DNA of 64,000 bases from Candidatus Multivoradales bacterium (GTDB lineage Bacteria > Acidobacteriota > Thermoanaerobaculia > Multivoradales > J023), in assembly GCA_965250305.1 (NCBI GenBank), contig CBDFNS010000017.1:52836-116835 (forward strand), given 5' to 3'. A program made the translations under genes and the position numbers. The notes under the pieces were generated by a model. It made no database searches and was not told the origin of the DNA. It saw only the letters and a list, made by a program, of their open reading frames with translations. Below are positions 16,886 through 26,018 of the stretch, piece after piece (the first letter of the stretch is position 1; each line of letters starts with the position of its first letter).

Positions 16886-18286
16886 ATGTTCCGGCTCGAC
16901 TTTGATCGCGGCACGCTTCTGGTCTCGCCGGAGGGCGATGGTGAAGACGGTGTCAGGACCGCGCCTGAGGTCCTTCCGGAAGGGCTGACCCTTCCGGGCT
17001 GCCGTTTCGACAAGCGGGTCAAACGGTGGCGGGCGCCAGCCTGTTGCTACCACGACGTGGTCATGGCCTTGCATCGGGCGAAGGTGCCGTTTGACGATCA
17101 GGCACGGGACTACGAGAAACTCGAGCTCGTGTCACGGGTGGTGCGAGAGCCCTATCCGCACCAAGCCGAGGCGGTGGAAGCGTGGTGGCGGGCTGGACGT
17201 CGAGGGGTCGTTGTGTTGCCGACTGGATCGGGCAAGACCTACGTGGCACAGATGCTCCTCGAGCGCCTGGGGCGTGGTGCCTTGGTCGTGACCCCGACCC
17301 TCGATCTCATGCAGCAGTGGTACGGGGTCTTGGGGACCGCGTTCGATATGGAGATTGGCTTGGTGGGCGGCGGGTATTACGAGGTGCGACCCATCACCGT
17401 GACGACTTACGACTCGGCCTACATCCACGCTGAGCGCCTGGGCAACCAGTTTGCCTTGCAGGTGTACGACGAATGTCATCACCTACCGGGTCCTGCCTAT
17501 ACCGCCGCCGCGGAGCTTTCGATCGCGCCCTTTCGGTTGGGCCTGACCGCGACGCCCGAACGCGAGGACGGTGCCGAGCGCATTCTCGATCGACTGATCG
17601 GTCCCATTGTCTATCGCCGAGAGATCAAGGAACTGTCAGGTGACTATCTCGCGGACTATGAGGTCGAAACGCTGCGGGTGCGTCTGTCCGATGCCGAACG
17701 CGAGGCGTACCAGCAGGCGCGCGCGATCTACCGCGAGTTCGTGACCAGCAAGGGCATTCGGTTCGGTGGTCCGCAGGGCTGGCAGCAGTTCTTGATGATG
17801 ACCTCGGCATCGGAGGAAGGGCGGCGGGCCTTTCTCGCGTACCGCGAGCAAAAGACCATCGCCCAGGCCGCCGACGCCAAGCTGCGCATGCTCGAGCGTT
17901 TGCTGGCGCGTCATCGCCACGATCGCGCGATCATCTTTACCAACGACAATGCCACGGTCTACCGGATCTCGAGGCAGTTCTTGATTCCCGCGATCACGCA
18001 TCAAACCAAGGTCAAAGAGCGGCACACCACTTTGGCCCGATTCAACGACGGCACCTATCCATTCTTGGTGACCTCGCGCGTACTCAACGAAGGGGTTGAC
18101 GTACCAGCCGCCAACGTCGGGATTGTGCTTTCGGGAAGCGGTACCGTCCGCGAGCACGTGCAACGCCTCGGGCGTATCTTGCGCCGCGCCGAGGGCAAAC
18201 AGGCCCGGCTGTACGAGCTGGTGACCGAAGACACCGCCGAAGAGATGACCAGTGCGAGGAGACGTCAACATGACGCGTATCGGTGA
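16886..18286 (+). CDS. XPB/Ssl2(RAD25)-like SF2 DNA helicase
   Basis: Motifs are PYPHQAEAV, Walker A VLPTGSGKT, DECHH, TATPERED and the C-terminal RVLNEGVDVP...QRLGRILR. An N-terminal DRD-like extension is present. Confidence 0.85.
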   Translation: MFRLDFDRGTLLVSPEGDGEDGVRTAPEVLPEGLTLPGCRFDKRVKRWRAPACCYHDVVMALHRAKVPFDDQARDYEKLELVSRVVREPYPHQAEAVEAWWRAGRRGVVVLPTGSGKTYVAQMLLERLGRGALVVTPTLDLMQQWYGVLGTAFDMEIGLVGGGYYEVRPITVTTYDSAYIHAERLGNQFALQVYDECHHLPGPAYTAAAELSIAPFRLGLTATPEREDGAERILDRLIGPIVYRREIKELSGDYLADYEVETLRVRLSDAEREAYQQARAIYREFVTSKGIRFGGPQGWQQFLMMTSASEEGRRAFLAYREQKTIAQAADAKLRMLERLLARHRHDRAIIFTNDNATVYRISRQFLIPAITHQTKVKERHTTLARFNDGTYPFLVTSRVLNEGVDVPAANVGIVLSGSGTVREHVQRLGRILRRAEGKQARLYELVTEDTAEEMTSARRRQHDAYR

Positions 18287-19512
18287 TGCTCACTTCTGAT
18301 CTCATTCAAGTACGCGCCTACAAGGGCGAGATGCGGCCGCGTTATGTGGAGGCGCGCGATCCCGAGGGGTTGGCGTTGGCCGCGCAGCTGATCGATGCGT
18401 TCGAGCAGTGCGCCGGGCAGGCTCGTCACGTGCTCGATGAGGAGCTCAAGTCGTTGTTGGGTACCGGCACCGCGTTTCAACTGCATCGGGCGCTGGCCAA
18501 GCTGCTACGCGATCGCTGTACCTTCGACACCGAGGCGCCGGCACCACCACCGGACTTGCGCGAGGCGGTTTTCGGCGCGTCTGCAGATGCGTATCGGGCC
18601 GACCCTGGGGAGGGGCCCTTTCGCTTCGAACGCGCCGTGCCAATGGCGGTCGCTGCGACCAGCCTGTCGCTCGAGCCAGGCCAGGTCGAGCAGTCGTTGT
18701 ACGGTGATCTCAAGGACGAGCAGGTCTTGCAAGCTTTCGACGTCTGCGCTCCGCGTTGGTTGCTCGATCGCTACAACGTAGCCTTGGCACAGGGCGTCTT
18801 GTACAGGGCGATTGCGCTCGAGATCCACATTGCAGGACAGCGGCCAACGGCCTATCGCACGTTGTTTCGGAAAATTAAGTTCTTCCAGTTGATGCACCGT
18901 GTCGAGCGGCTGGGAAACGCGGCAGGCGACGGCTATCGCATTCGCCTCGATGGTCCACTCTCGGTACTGCGCGCCAGTGGTCGCTACGGACTGCAAATGG
19001 CGGTCTTTCTGCCGACCCTGTTGCATTTCGACGGCTGGACCCTCGACGCCGAGCTGCGGTGGGGGAAGGGGCGCCGCAAGCGGACCTTCCGGCTCACGCC
19101 AACCCAAGGTCTGCGCTCGTATACCAAGCTCACCGGTCAATGGCAGCCCGAAGAACTCAAGTGGTTGCCCGAGCAACTCGCGAAGCTCGGCCGTGGCTGG
19201 ACCGCGAGTACCGATGCTGAGCTCATCGATCTGGGCGGTGAAGGCGTCTTGGTACCCGACTTCGTTTTTGAACACGCGGAAACGGGACATCGCGTGTTCA
19301 TGGAGGTGTTCGGGTACTGGAACAAAGGGGCGGTGAAGGCCCGGCTCCGGTTGTTGCGCAGGCATGGCCCCAAGAACCTCGTGCTCGCCTTGTCCAAAGC
19401 ACTGGCCGCTGGTGCAGGGGAACTCGAAGACCTGCCTGCCGAGGTCTACGTGTTTCGAACCACCCCGCTGGCCCGGCAGGTAGTCAAGATCTTGGACGGC
19501 ATGAAAGGCTGA
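18283..19512 (+). CDS. DUF790-family (Bax1-like) nuclease
   Basis: The start overlaps the helicase stop (GTGATG). LVPDFVFEHAETGHRVFMEVFGYWNKGAVKARL is the typical DUF790 C-terminal nuclease core. Confidence 0.75.
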   Translation: MMLTSDLIQVRAYKGEMRPRYVEARDPEGLALAAQLIDAFEQCAGQARHVLDEELKSLLGTGTAFQLHRALAKLLRDRCTFDTEAPAPPPDLREAVFGASADAYRADPGEGPFRFERAVPMAVAATSLSLEPGQVEQSLYGDLKDEQVLQAFDVCAPRWLLDRYNVALAQGVLYRAIALEIHIAGQRPTAYRTLFRKIKFFQLMHRVERLGNAAGDGYRIRLDGPLSVLRASGRYGLQMAVFLPTLLHFDGWTLDAELRWGKGRRKRTFRLTPTQGLRSYTKLTGQWQPEELKWLPEQLAKLGRGWTASTDAELIDLGGEGVLVPDFVFEHAETGHRVFMEVFGYWNKGAVKARLRLLRRHGPKNLVLALSKALAAGAGELEDLPAEVYVFRTTPLARQVVKILDGMKG

Positions 19513-19979
19513 ACCAGGGCTAAGAACATTACGTGGAGAAACTCCGGACACCTTTAGAGCGAGGCTGCCGCCCGACGATGGATCGTCGTCCATAGAAAGC
19601 GAAGTCAAGCGCGCACCTCTCCTGTACGTTCGTGCTCTTGGCTTCGAACGTCCTGTCAGATTGACCTCGACTGTTCCGTCGCGAGTTGTCCCTTCTTCGA
19701 GCCTTTGTTGCGATCCGTTCTTCTCTGGTCTTGAAGTCGCTTGGTGTTCTCTCTTTTCTTCGAGGAACCATCCATCCATCAGGGCCTTTTCGGCCATGAC
19801 TTCGTTCGGTTCTTCGAGGGGGCATATCCGGGCTATGGGGCCTCCGTACGGGGACGGGGTCCAGCCGATTCACTGATGCTTCCCCTCGAACCTTGCGCCA
19901 AAGAATCGTTGGAGCGAAAACTCTGGGTTCGGAGCAACCATTGCGCGTTGCTTCGAGATCTTGGCCCAAGCTGGTCGAT

Positions 19980-21011
19980 TCAACGATCTGGGTCGTATAC
20001 CTCCTGTGCCTTCCACATGGACAAGGCCGTTGCGGCGATCTGGCGTGCGACGGTCACTTTGGCGAGGTTCGGCTTGGTGCCTCCATCGCAAAGTCGGTCG
20101 TAGGCGACACGGAAGCGATTGGCCTTGCTTGTAATCACGGTCGTCGCCGCGCCCTTGAAGATCATCTTCAGTGTTCGGTTGTGAAACCGATTCAGCCCAC
20201 GCGTCTGGGCGATCTTGGCTTTGGTCCAGACTCCGCCAGCGCGCGTCCAGTCTGCTGAAGATCGCATCACGACTCCAAAGCCACAATAGGACCAGAATTG
20301 CCGCTTGGTCCGGAATCGGTGAGGTGTCACTACCACCGGAATCATCTGAGCGACCCGGATCGGGCCCAGTCCAGGAATTGTCTCGAGAACCCGTGAGATC
20401 GGGAATCGGTGCGACTCGGTCACCATCGCCTTTTCGGCCTCGAGCTTCAGTGTCGTCTGGAAGTCCAACGCTGTGCCGAGTAACTCGACCGTCGGTCTCA
20501 TCGCATTCGGGAGTTCTTTGATCCGCTTCGCCCGGGAGCTGGGGGAGTAAACCGAGTTCCCCGTGCACACCACACCGCGTCTCTGGTAGGTGCTCTTCAG
20601 ACGGTTCTTGGTCCGGACCAAGTCCCTCGTCATCAAGCCGTAGACTCGCGAGAGCTCGCGCAGCTTGGTGAAGCCCTTCCCTGCTTTGAAGATCGGATGC
20701 TCCGTGCGACCCGTACGGATGCGATCTGCTAGCTCCCATGCATCGATCGCATCGCTCTTCGGCCCCGTCTTGCGCTCGCCGTGGACCACCACCAACTCCG
20801 CCACGTGAGGAGACAAAATCTCGTGGAGCCAATGCGCCCACTGGCACTCTTCGATGCACAAGTGGAGCCGGCCAGCGCACTGCTTCAGATAGCCAACAAG
20901 CGCCTGGCCATTCGTTTCCACGATGGCCTGACCTAGCCGCTTGCCGCCCTCGCTGAGCGTTGCAATTGTGCAACTTGCCGAATGCACGTCCATTCCAAGG
21001 TAGCGTTCCAT
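19980..21011 (-). CDS. IS110-family DEDD transposase/recombinase
   Basis: The N-terminus is MERYLGMDVHSASC... (DEDD/RuvC-like). The C-terminal LETIPGLGPIRVAQMI...FWSYCGFGVVMRSSAD is Transposase_20-like. AGGAGG lies upstream of the ATG. Confidence 0.9.
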   Translation of the reverse strand: MERYLGMDVHSASCTIATLSEGGKRLGQAIVETNGQALVGYLKQCAGRLHLCIEECQWAHWLHEILSPHVAELVVVHGERKTGPKSDAIDAWELADRIRTGRTEHPIFKAGKGFTKLRELSRVYGLMTRDLVRTKNRLKSTYQRRGVVCTGNSVYSPSSRAKRIKELPNAMRPTVELLGTALDFQTTLKLEAEKAMVTESHRFPISRVLETIPGLGPIRVAQMIPVVVTPHRFRTKRQFWSYCGFGVVMRSSADWTRAGGVWTKAKIAQTRGLNRFHNRTLKMIFKGAATTVITSKANRFRVAYDRLCDGGTKPNLAKVTVARQIAATALSMWKAQEVYDPDR

Positions 21012-21300
21012 CGCGATCCTCCTTCTTGTGGGGCTGATGCCCGAGGTTTTTGTTCACCCCAAGCATCTTCCCTACAGAGGAGGTTGCACAATCTTGGACT
21101 CGTTTCGACATCGGGTTACCGGACGTGGCTTTCCTATGATGTCGGGCTATGAGTGCGCCCGCCTCCGCGGGCTGACCGTACAAGTCGTTCTCAGCCGACG
21201 AAGGTCGGCGCATTCATAGCGCGGGCATTCATGCCCGCGTCGCGGTGGGACAGGAAGAAGTTCAGGTCAGAAATGCTGTGACTGGGCTCCAGGTGGCGAG
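21012..21300 (-). ncRNA. candidate IS110 bridge (seeker) RNA region
   Basis: The 5' non-coding end has three tight tetraloop hairpins (21157-21172, 21194-21209, 21221-21238). The octamer gcattcat is duplicated at 21210 and 21225. No covariance model was run. Confidence 0.3.
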
Positions 21301-21317
21301 TCGATCGAGCACGGCGG

Positions 21318-21746
21318 TCAGCCTTGCGGATCCTTGGGCGTGTCGCCCTCGTCGGTGAGGTCGTCCAGGACCTCACCTGCCTTCTCGGCACCTTCCTGGA
21401 GGGCTTCGCCGGCTTTGTCCATTGCTTGGCTGGCACCTTCTTGGATGGCCTCACCCGCCCGGTCCATCGCTTGTTCAGCACCGTCCTTGACTACCTCGGT
21501 CGCGGTGTCAAGAGCGTCGCCCGCAGCTTGCCTCAGTCTTTCCGCCGCGTCCTCACCTGCCTGGCGCACCGACTCAGGTACTTCGGGTGGATTCTGTTGC
21601 CAGTAGTACCAGAAGCCGGCGGCCAGTAGCAGGAGGATTGCCGCCGTGAACGCCAGCTTAATCAACTTCTTGAACAGGCTGAAGACAAAAAACAGGATGG
21701 CCAGGCCGAGTAGGACGGTAATCAATAAGGACATGGCGTCCTCCAC
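21318..21746 (-). CDS. small membrane protein with an acidic Ala/Glu-rich repetitive tail
   Basis: There are two N-terminal hydrophobic helices. These are followed by repeats QAMDRAGEAIQEGAS and QAMDKAGEALQEGAE. Confidence 0.6.
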   Translation of the reverse strand: MEDAMSLLITVLLGLAILFFVFSLFKKLIKLAFTAAILLLLAAGFWYYWQQNPPEVPESVRQAGEDAAERLRQAAGDALDTATEVVKDGAEQAMDRAGEAIQEGASQAMDKAGEALQEGAEKAGEVLDDLTDEGDTPKDPQG

Positions 21747-21822
21747 GGTGTGAGTAGCGGTTCGGTCATTCCCTCGACGATCCTACATCAGCCTGGGAAG
21801 TCTCCAACCAGATACCATCTCG

Positions 21823-22836
21823 ATGATGATTGTTGCCGAGAACCTGTGCAAGTCGTTTCGCGTTCACCGCAAGGACCCTGGGTTGTGGGGCTCGGTGCGT
21901 TCGTTGGTGCGTCGTGAATGGGTGACGAAAGACGCGGTCCGGGACGTCTCCTTCGAGGTCGAAGAGGGCGAGATCGTGGGTCTGATCGGCGCCAATGGTG
22001 CCGGCAAGACAACGGTGATCAAGATGTTGGCCGGCATTATCCACCCGAGTAGCGGCCGGGCGCGGGTTCTGGGCCACGACCCTTGGCTGCGGGATGATCG
22101 CCTGCGCCGACAGGTGGCGTTGATCATGGGGCAGAAGGCTCAGCTGTGGTGGGACCTTCCTGCGGCAGATTGCTTCTTGCTGCTCAAGGAAATCTATCGG
22201 ATACCGGATGACCAGTACCGCGCGACCTTGGATCGCTTGACCAGCTTGCTCGAGGTACGCGACGAGCTGAATGTACAGATCCGCCGCCTGTCGCTGGGCG
22301 AGCGAATGAAAATGGAGTTGATCGCGACCCTGCTGCACGCGCCGAGGGTGGTGTATCTCGATGAGCCAACCATCGGTCTCGATCTCTCGGCCCAACGTGC
22401 CATTCGCAGTTTCGTGTTGGCGTACCGCCAGGAACGGCAACCGGCCATGATCGTAACCAGTCACTACATGGAGGACATCGAGCGCCTGTGCAAGCGAATC
22501 ATGATTCTGCGCGATGGTGAGTTGGTGTTCGACGGCTCTTTGCGCGAGGTGATGGCGCGTTATGCGACGCACAAGGTGGTCACCGTACAGCTCCGCGGGC
22601 AAGGGGGTGAACCGGCTGGACGCGAGATGGTAGCGGCCATGGGAACGATTCTCGAATGGCACCCGGGCACGGTGCGGGTCCAGGTGCCACGCGCGGCGGT
22701 TGCCGAGGTCGCCGGAGCGCTTCTCGCCCAGTATCCGGTTGCCGATCTGGCCATTGAAGAGGCAGCCGTGGGTAGTGTCATCGAGCGGATCCAAGCTGCG
22801 CGTGCGGAACCAGTCGTCGCGGGATCATCACAGTGA
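21823..22836 (+). CDS. ABC transporter ATP-binding protein
   Basis: Walker A is GANGAGKTT, the signature is LSLGERMK and Walker B is VVYLDEPTIGLD. Confidence 0.9.
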   Translation: MMIVAENLCKSFRVHRKDPGLWGSVRSLVRREWVTKDAVRDVSFEVEEGEIVGLIGANGAGKTTVIKMLAGIIHPSSGRARVLGHDPWLRDDRLRRQVALIMGQKAQLWWDLPAADCFLLLKEIYRIPDDQYRATLDRLTSLLEVRDELNVQIRRLSLGERMKMELIATLLHAPRVVYLDEPTIGLDLSAQRAIRSFVLAYRQERQPAMIVTSHYMEDIERLCKRIMILRDGELVFDGSLREVMARYATHKVVTVQLRGQGGEPAGREMVAAMGTILEWHPGTVRVQVPRAAVAEVAGALLAQYPVADLAIEEAAVGSVIERIQAARAEPVVAGSSQ

Positions 22837-23687
22837 ACGCGAGCTTCATGACGCCCCGACTGTTCCGGACGTTGGTCAGCCTCGAGACCCGGAAGCTCAT
22901 GAGCTATCGGGTCGACTTCTGGCTGAATACCACGGTGGCCTTGGCGCTCGAGCTGGCCGTCGCCTATTTTCTCTGGCGGGCCATCTTCGGAACTGGTGGG
23001 GCTGGTGGCGCTGGCTCGGACGTTGCGCCCACGCGACTCGGGGGATTCACCTTCGAAGGCATGATGGTCTACTACGTTCTGGCGCTCTTGCTGGGGCGCT
23101 TGGTACGCGGCCAAGAGCGCGGCGACGCCATGTCCCTCGACATCTATGACGGTGGCCTAAGCCGGTACTTGATTTACCCGTCCAGCTACGTTGGTTTCAA
23201 ATACGCGGGGCACCTCGGCCAGCTCTTACCGGCGGTTATCCAACTCGTGGGCTTTGGGGTTGTCGCTGCGTGGTGGCTCCCCCTGCCGGCCGAGTTGGCA
23301 ATCACACCAGGATCGGTCGCCATGACGCTTGGTTCCGTTGGGGTGGCCAACCTTCTGGCCTTCCTGCTGCGCTATCCGCTCGCCGCGGTGGCATTCTGGG
23401 CTGACAACGTCTGGTCGCTCCACGCCATGATGCGCTTTGTGGGCAACCTGCTCGGCGGCTTCATGTTGCCACTCTCTCTGTTTCCCCTGTGGGCCCAAGA
23501 TGCCCTGAATTGGCTCCCATTCGCGCACCTGTTTTACGAGCCGGTTCAGACGCTCCTGGGTCAACGCACGGTGGCAGAGTGGGGTCGAGGGCTCGGCATT
23601 GCCGTCGGCTGGTGCGTCGTACTCGGGTTGCTTGGGCGGTGGGTGTGGCACCGAGGCTACCTGCGCTACTCCGGGGTCGGAATCTGA
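22833..23687 (+). CDS. ABC-2 type transporter permease (DUF990-like)
   Basis: The start overlaps the ATPase stop. The product is a multi-helix hydrophobic protein similar in layout to the 24406-25212 product. Confidence 0.7.
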   Translation: MNASFMTPRLFRTLVSLETRKLMSYRVDFWLNTTVALALELAVAYFLWRAIFGTGGAGGAGSDVAPTRLGGFTFEGMMVYYVLALLLGRLVRGQERGDAMSLDIYDGGLSRYLIYPSSYVGFKYAGHLGQLLPAVIQLVGFGVVAAWWLPLPAELAITPGSVAMTLGSVGVANLLAFLLRYPLAAVAFWADNVWSLHAMMRFVGNLLGGFMLPLSLFPLWAQDALNWLPFAHLFYEPVQTLLGQRTVAEWGRGLGIAVGWCVVLGLLGRWVWHRGYLRYSGVGI

Positions 23688-23738
23688 TGTGCTGGGCATC
23701 TGAGGTGCCAGCATGATGATTCGTTCATGGTGTAAATT

Positions 23739-23747
23739 TGGTAGAAT
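23739..23747 (+). promoter_or_regulatory. extended -10 promoter element (TGgTAGAAT) for vapBC, probably leaderless
   Basis: TGGTAGAAT ends 6 nt before the vapB ATG (23754). No Shine-Dalgarno sequence lies in between. Confidence 0.4.
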
Positions 23748-23753
23748 GGTTGA

Positions 23754-24026
23754 ATGCCTCTCAACATCAAGAACCCACAAGTAGAGTTGTTGGTCGCCGA
23801 AGTCGCTGCGGTGACCGGTGAGTCCAAGACCGAGGCAGTGCGGCGCGCTCTCGAAGAGCGCCGAGGGCGTCTGAACTACAGCCAAAGTGAGTTAGATCGA
23901 GGTGCTCGATTGCGACGCGTGCTCGAAACCGAGATTTGGCCGTTGGTTCCGACTGCCGAGCAGGGGCGTCGCCTCAGCAAGGAAGAAGAAGAGGCGTTGT
24001 TGGGAATTGGCCCGGAGGGCGTGTGA
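23754..24026 (+). CDS. vapB: type II antitoxin, VapB (Rv0623/PSK-like) family
   Basis: MPLNIKNPQVELLVAEVAAVTGESKTEAVRRALEERR is typical of this antitoxin family. Confidence 0.8.
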   Translation: MPLNIKNPQVELLVAEVAAVTGESKTEAVRRALEERRGRLNYSQSELDRGARLRRVLETEIWPLVPTAEQGRRLSKEEEEALLGIGPEGV

Positions 24027-24409
24027 TTCTCGACTCGTCCGCCGTGGTGGCGATTGTCTTCCGCGAACCAGGGTGGCAGAAGCTCCTGGATCGGATCGAG
24101 AAGAGCCCACAGGTCGCGATCGGTGCGAATACGTTGGTCGAAACCACGATCGTGCTGTCGGCTCGAATGCATTGCGATGCTCGGGGCCTTGTTGCGCGGC
24201 TGCTGCGAGAGGCGGGCATTGTGGTGAGCAGCTTTTCCGAAGCACACTATGGATTGGCGCTCGAGGCCTGGCTTCGATTCGGAAAGGGGCGGCATCCGGC
24301 TTCACTGAATTTCGGCGACTGTCTTTCCTACGCCACCGCCCGATTGGCGGGTGAGCCGTTGCTCTGTGTGGGCGAAGATTTCTTACAGACCGATCTCGAC
24401 CTCGCGTGA
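24023..24409 (+). CDS. vapC: type II toxin, PIN-domain VapC
   Basis: The GTG start overlaps the vapB TGA. Motifs are VILDSSAVVAI (first acidic residue), NFGDCLSYATA, and the C-terminal LLCVGEDFLQTD. Confidence 0.85.
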   Translation: MILDSSAVVAIVFREPGWQKLLDRIEKSPQVAIGANTLVETTIVLSARMHCDARGLVARLLREAGIVVSSFSEAHYGLALEAWLRFGKGRHPASLNFGDCLSYATARLAGEPLLCVGEDFLQTDLDLA

Positions 24410-25212
24410 CCGACGGATTTCCGATGAGCCGCTACGTCCGGCTTTACCTTCACTTCTTGCGCTTCTCGTTCAGTCGGGCGATGGCGTTTCGCGTGGACTT
24501 TCTCTTCCGCGTGGTAATGGACATTCTCTACTACGTCGTGAACCTGGCCTTTTTCGCGGTGATCTACCGGCACACGAGTTTGCTCGGTGGTTGGACGCTC
24601 GACGAAACGTTGGTTTTTGTGTGCGCCTTTCTGTGGGCCGACGCCTTCTACATGACGGTGTTTTCAACCAACTTCTGGTGGCTGCCGATCGCGATCAATC
24701 GCGGTGACCTGGACTACCACTTGATGCGGCCTGTGTCGTCACTGTTTATCTTGACCTTGCGTGAGTTTGCGGCCAATTCTTTTCTGAATCTCCTGATCGC
24801 GACCGGCCTCGTATGGTGGTCGCTGGCACGCTATCCGGGTACGTTGGACCCGGTTCGCATACTCGTGTTCCTCATCTTGCTCTTGGTTGGGTCGCTGATG
24901 TTCGCGCTGCTGCGGGTGATTTTCATCATTCCGATCTTCTGGATGCACAACGGGCGTGGGCTCGACGAAGTGACCTGGTCCCTTTCGAACCTTGCCCACC
25001 GACCCCACCAAATCTATCACCCGGTGGTGCGCGCCATTCTTCTATCGGTTCTACCGCTGGCGTTTATCGCGTCGGTTCCGGCCCACGCGTTGCTGCAAGG
25101 TCTCACGGTCGGTGGCGCGCTGCATGTTGTCGGCGTGTTTGTTGGTTTGTTCGTCACGGCCCTTCTGCTTTGGCGGCGTGGCCTGCGTGCCTATGCCTCT
25201 GCGTCTTCATGA
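24406..25212 (+). CDS. ABC-2 type transporter permease (DUF990-like), second subunit
   Basis: The product is a multi-helix hydrophobic protein. The GTG start overlaps the vapC TGA (GTGA); an alternative ATG lies at 24424. Confidence 0.7.
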   Translation: MTDGFPMSRYVRLYLHFLRFSFSRAMAFRVDFLFRVVMDILYYVVNLAFFAVIYRHTSLLGGWTLDETLVFVCAFLWADAFYMTVFSTNFWWLPIAINRGDLDYHLMRPVSSLFILTLREFAANSFLNLLIATGLVWWSLARYPGTLDPVRILVFLILLLVGSLMFALLRVIFIIPIFWMHNGRGLDEVTWSLSNLAHRPHQIYHPVVRAILLSVLPLAFIASVPAHALLQGLTVGGALHVVGVFVGLFVTALLLWRRGLRAYASASS

Positions 25213-25271
25213 CAGCTCGAAGGTAGCTTCAGGCACGTAGTTGGCGTCACGGCAAATCGGGCTACACTAAG

Positions 25272-26018
25272 GTGATGACGAACACGCCGGAGCGTTGGGA
25301 CGAAGACGACAGCAAGGCCTTTCTCGACCTCGGGCGCTATGCCGTGCCGGATCGGGAGCGGCAGATCGAGACGATGTTGGCGCTGGTACCGGCGACGACC
25401 GATGAGCCGTTTCTCGCGGTAGATTTGTGCTGTGGCGCAGGGCTGCTCACCATGGCGCTGTTGCAACGTTTTCCGAGCGCCAAGGTCTTGGCGCTCGACG
25501 GTTCGCCAACCATGTTGGCCGAGACCCAAGGTCGCTGCGAGGAAGCCAGCGATAGGCTCACGACGCGATTGATCGATCTGGCCGCTGACGATTGGCGGAA
25601 CTTCACCGCGTTGCCCCGCGTGGTGGTCTCTTCCCTTGCCATCCATCACTTGGATGGACCCGGCAAGGCTACGCTCTTTCGCGACGTCCACCGCCAGCTC
25701 GAAATGGGTGGTGCCTTGATCGTCGCCGATCTGATGGCTCCGGCGGGCGAGCGCGCGATGCGTTTGGCGGCCGAGGAGTGGGATCGCGCTGTCGCCGAGC
25801 GTGTTCGGCAGCTCGACGGTAATGACGATCGAGGCCTACGTGCCTTTCAGCGGGAGCGTTGGAACTTGTTTCGTTATCCGGATCCCGAAGTCGACAAACC
25901 GTCGTCCTTGTTCGATCAACTCCGTTGGCTCGAACGTGCGGGCTTTGGCGCTGTGGACGTTTACTGGCAGCGGGCAGGTCACGCCATTTTTGGTGGCGTC
26001 AAAGCCTCCGAGCGATAA
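25272..26018 (+). CDS. class I SAM-dependent methyltransferase
   Basis: Motif I is AVDLCCGAGLLT and motif II is VLALDGSPTML. Confidence 0.8.
   Translation: MMTNTPERWDEDDSKAFLDLGRYAVPDRERQIETMLALVPATTDEPFLAVDLCCGAGLLTMALLQRFPSAKVLALDGSPTMLAETQGRCEEASDRLTTRLIDLAADDWRNFTALPRVVVSSLAIHHLDGPGKATLFRDVHRQLEMGGALIVADLMAPAGERAMRLAAEEWDRAVAERVRQLDGNDDRGLRAFQRERWNLFRYPDPEVDKPSSLFDQLRWLERAGFGAVDVYWQRAGHAIFGGVKASER

Larger units (their letters stand above)
19513..21317 (-). mobile_element. IS110-family element (maximal interval between flanking genes; true ends not mapped)
   Basis: The interval contains an intact IS110-type transposase plus about 300 bp of structured 5' non-coding DNA and about 470 bp of 3' non-coding DNA. 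IS110 elements lack classical inverted repeats, so I could not set the ends. Confidence 0.6.

Noticed and set aside
19870-21213. A 447-aa ORF on the minus strand overlapping the IS110 transposase gene.
   Set aside because: The ORF is in a different frame of the same strand and is Arg/Ser/Gly-rich with no motifs. The 343-aa frame carries the full IS110 motif set and a ribosome-binding site.
25979-26018. A 40-nt convergent overlap between the methyltransferase and lipB 3' ends.
   Set aside because: Both reading frames carry family motifs up to near their ends, so the overlap is probably real. I see nothing further to infer from it.
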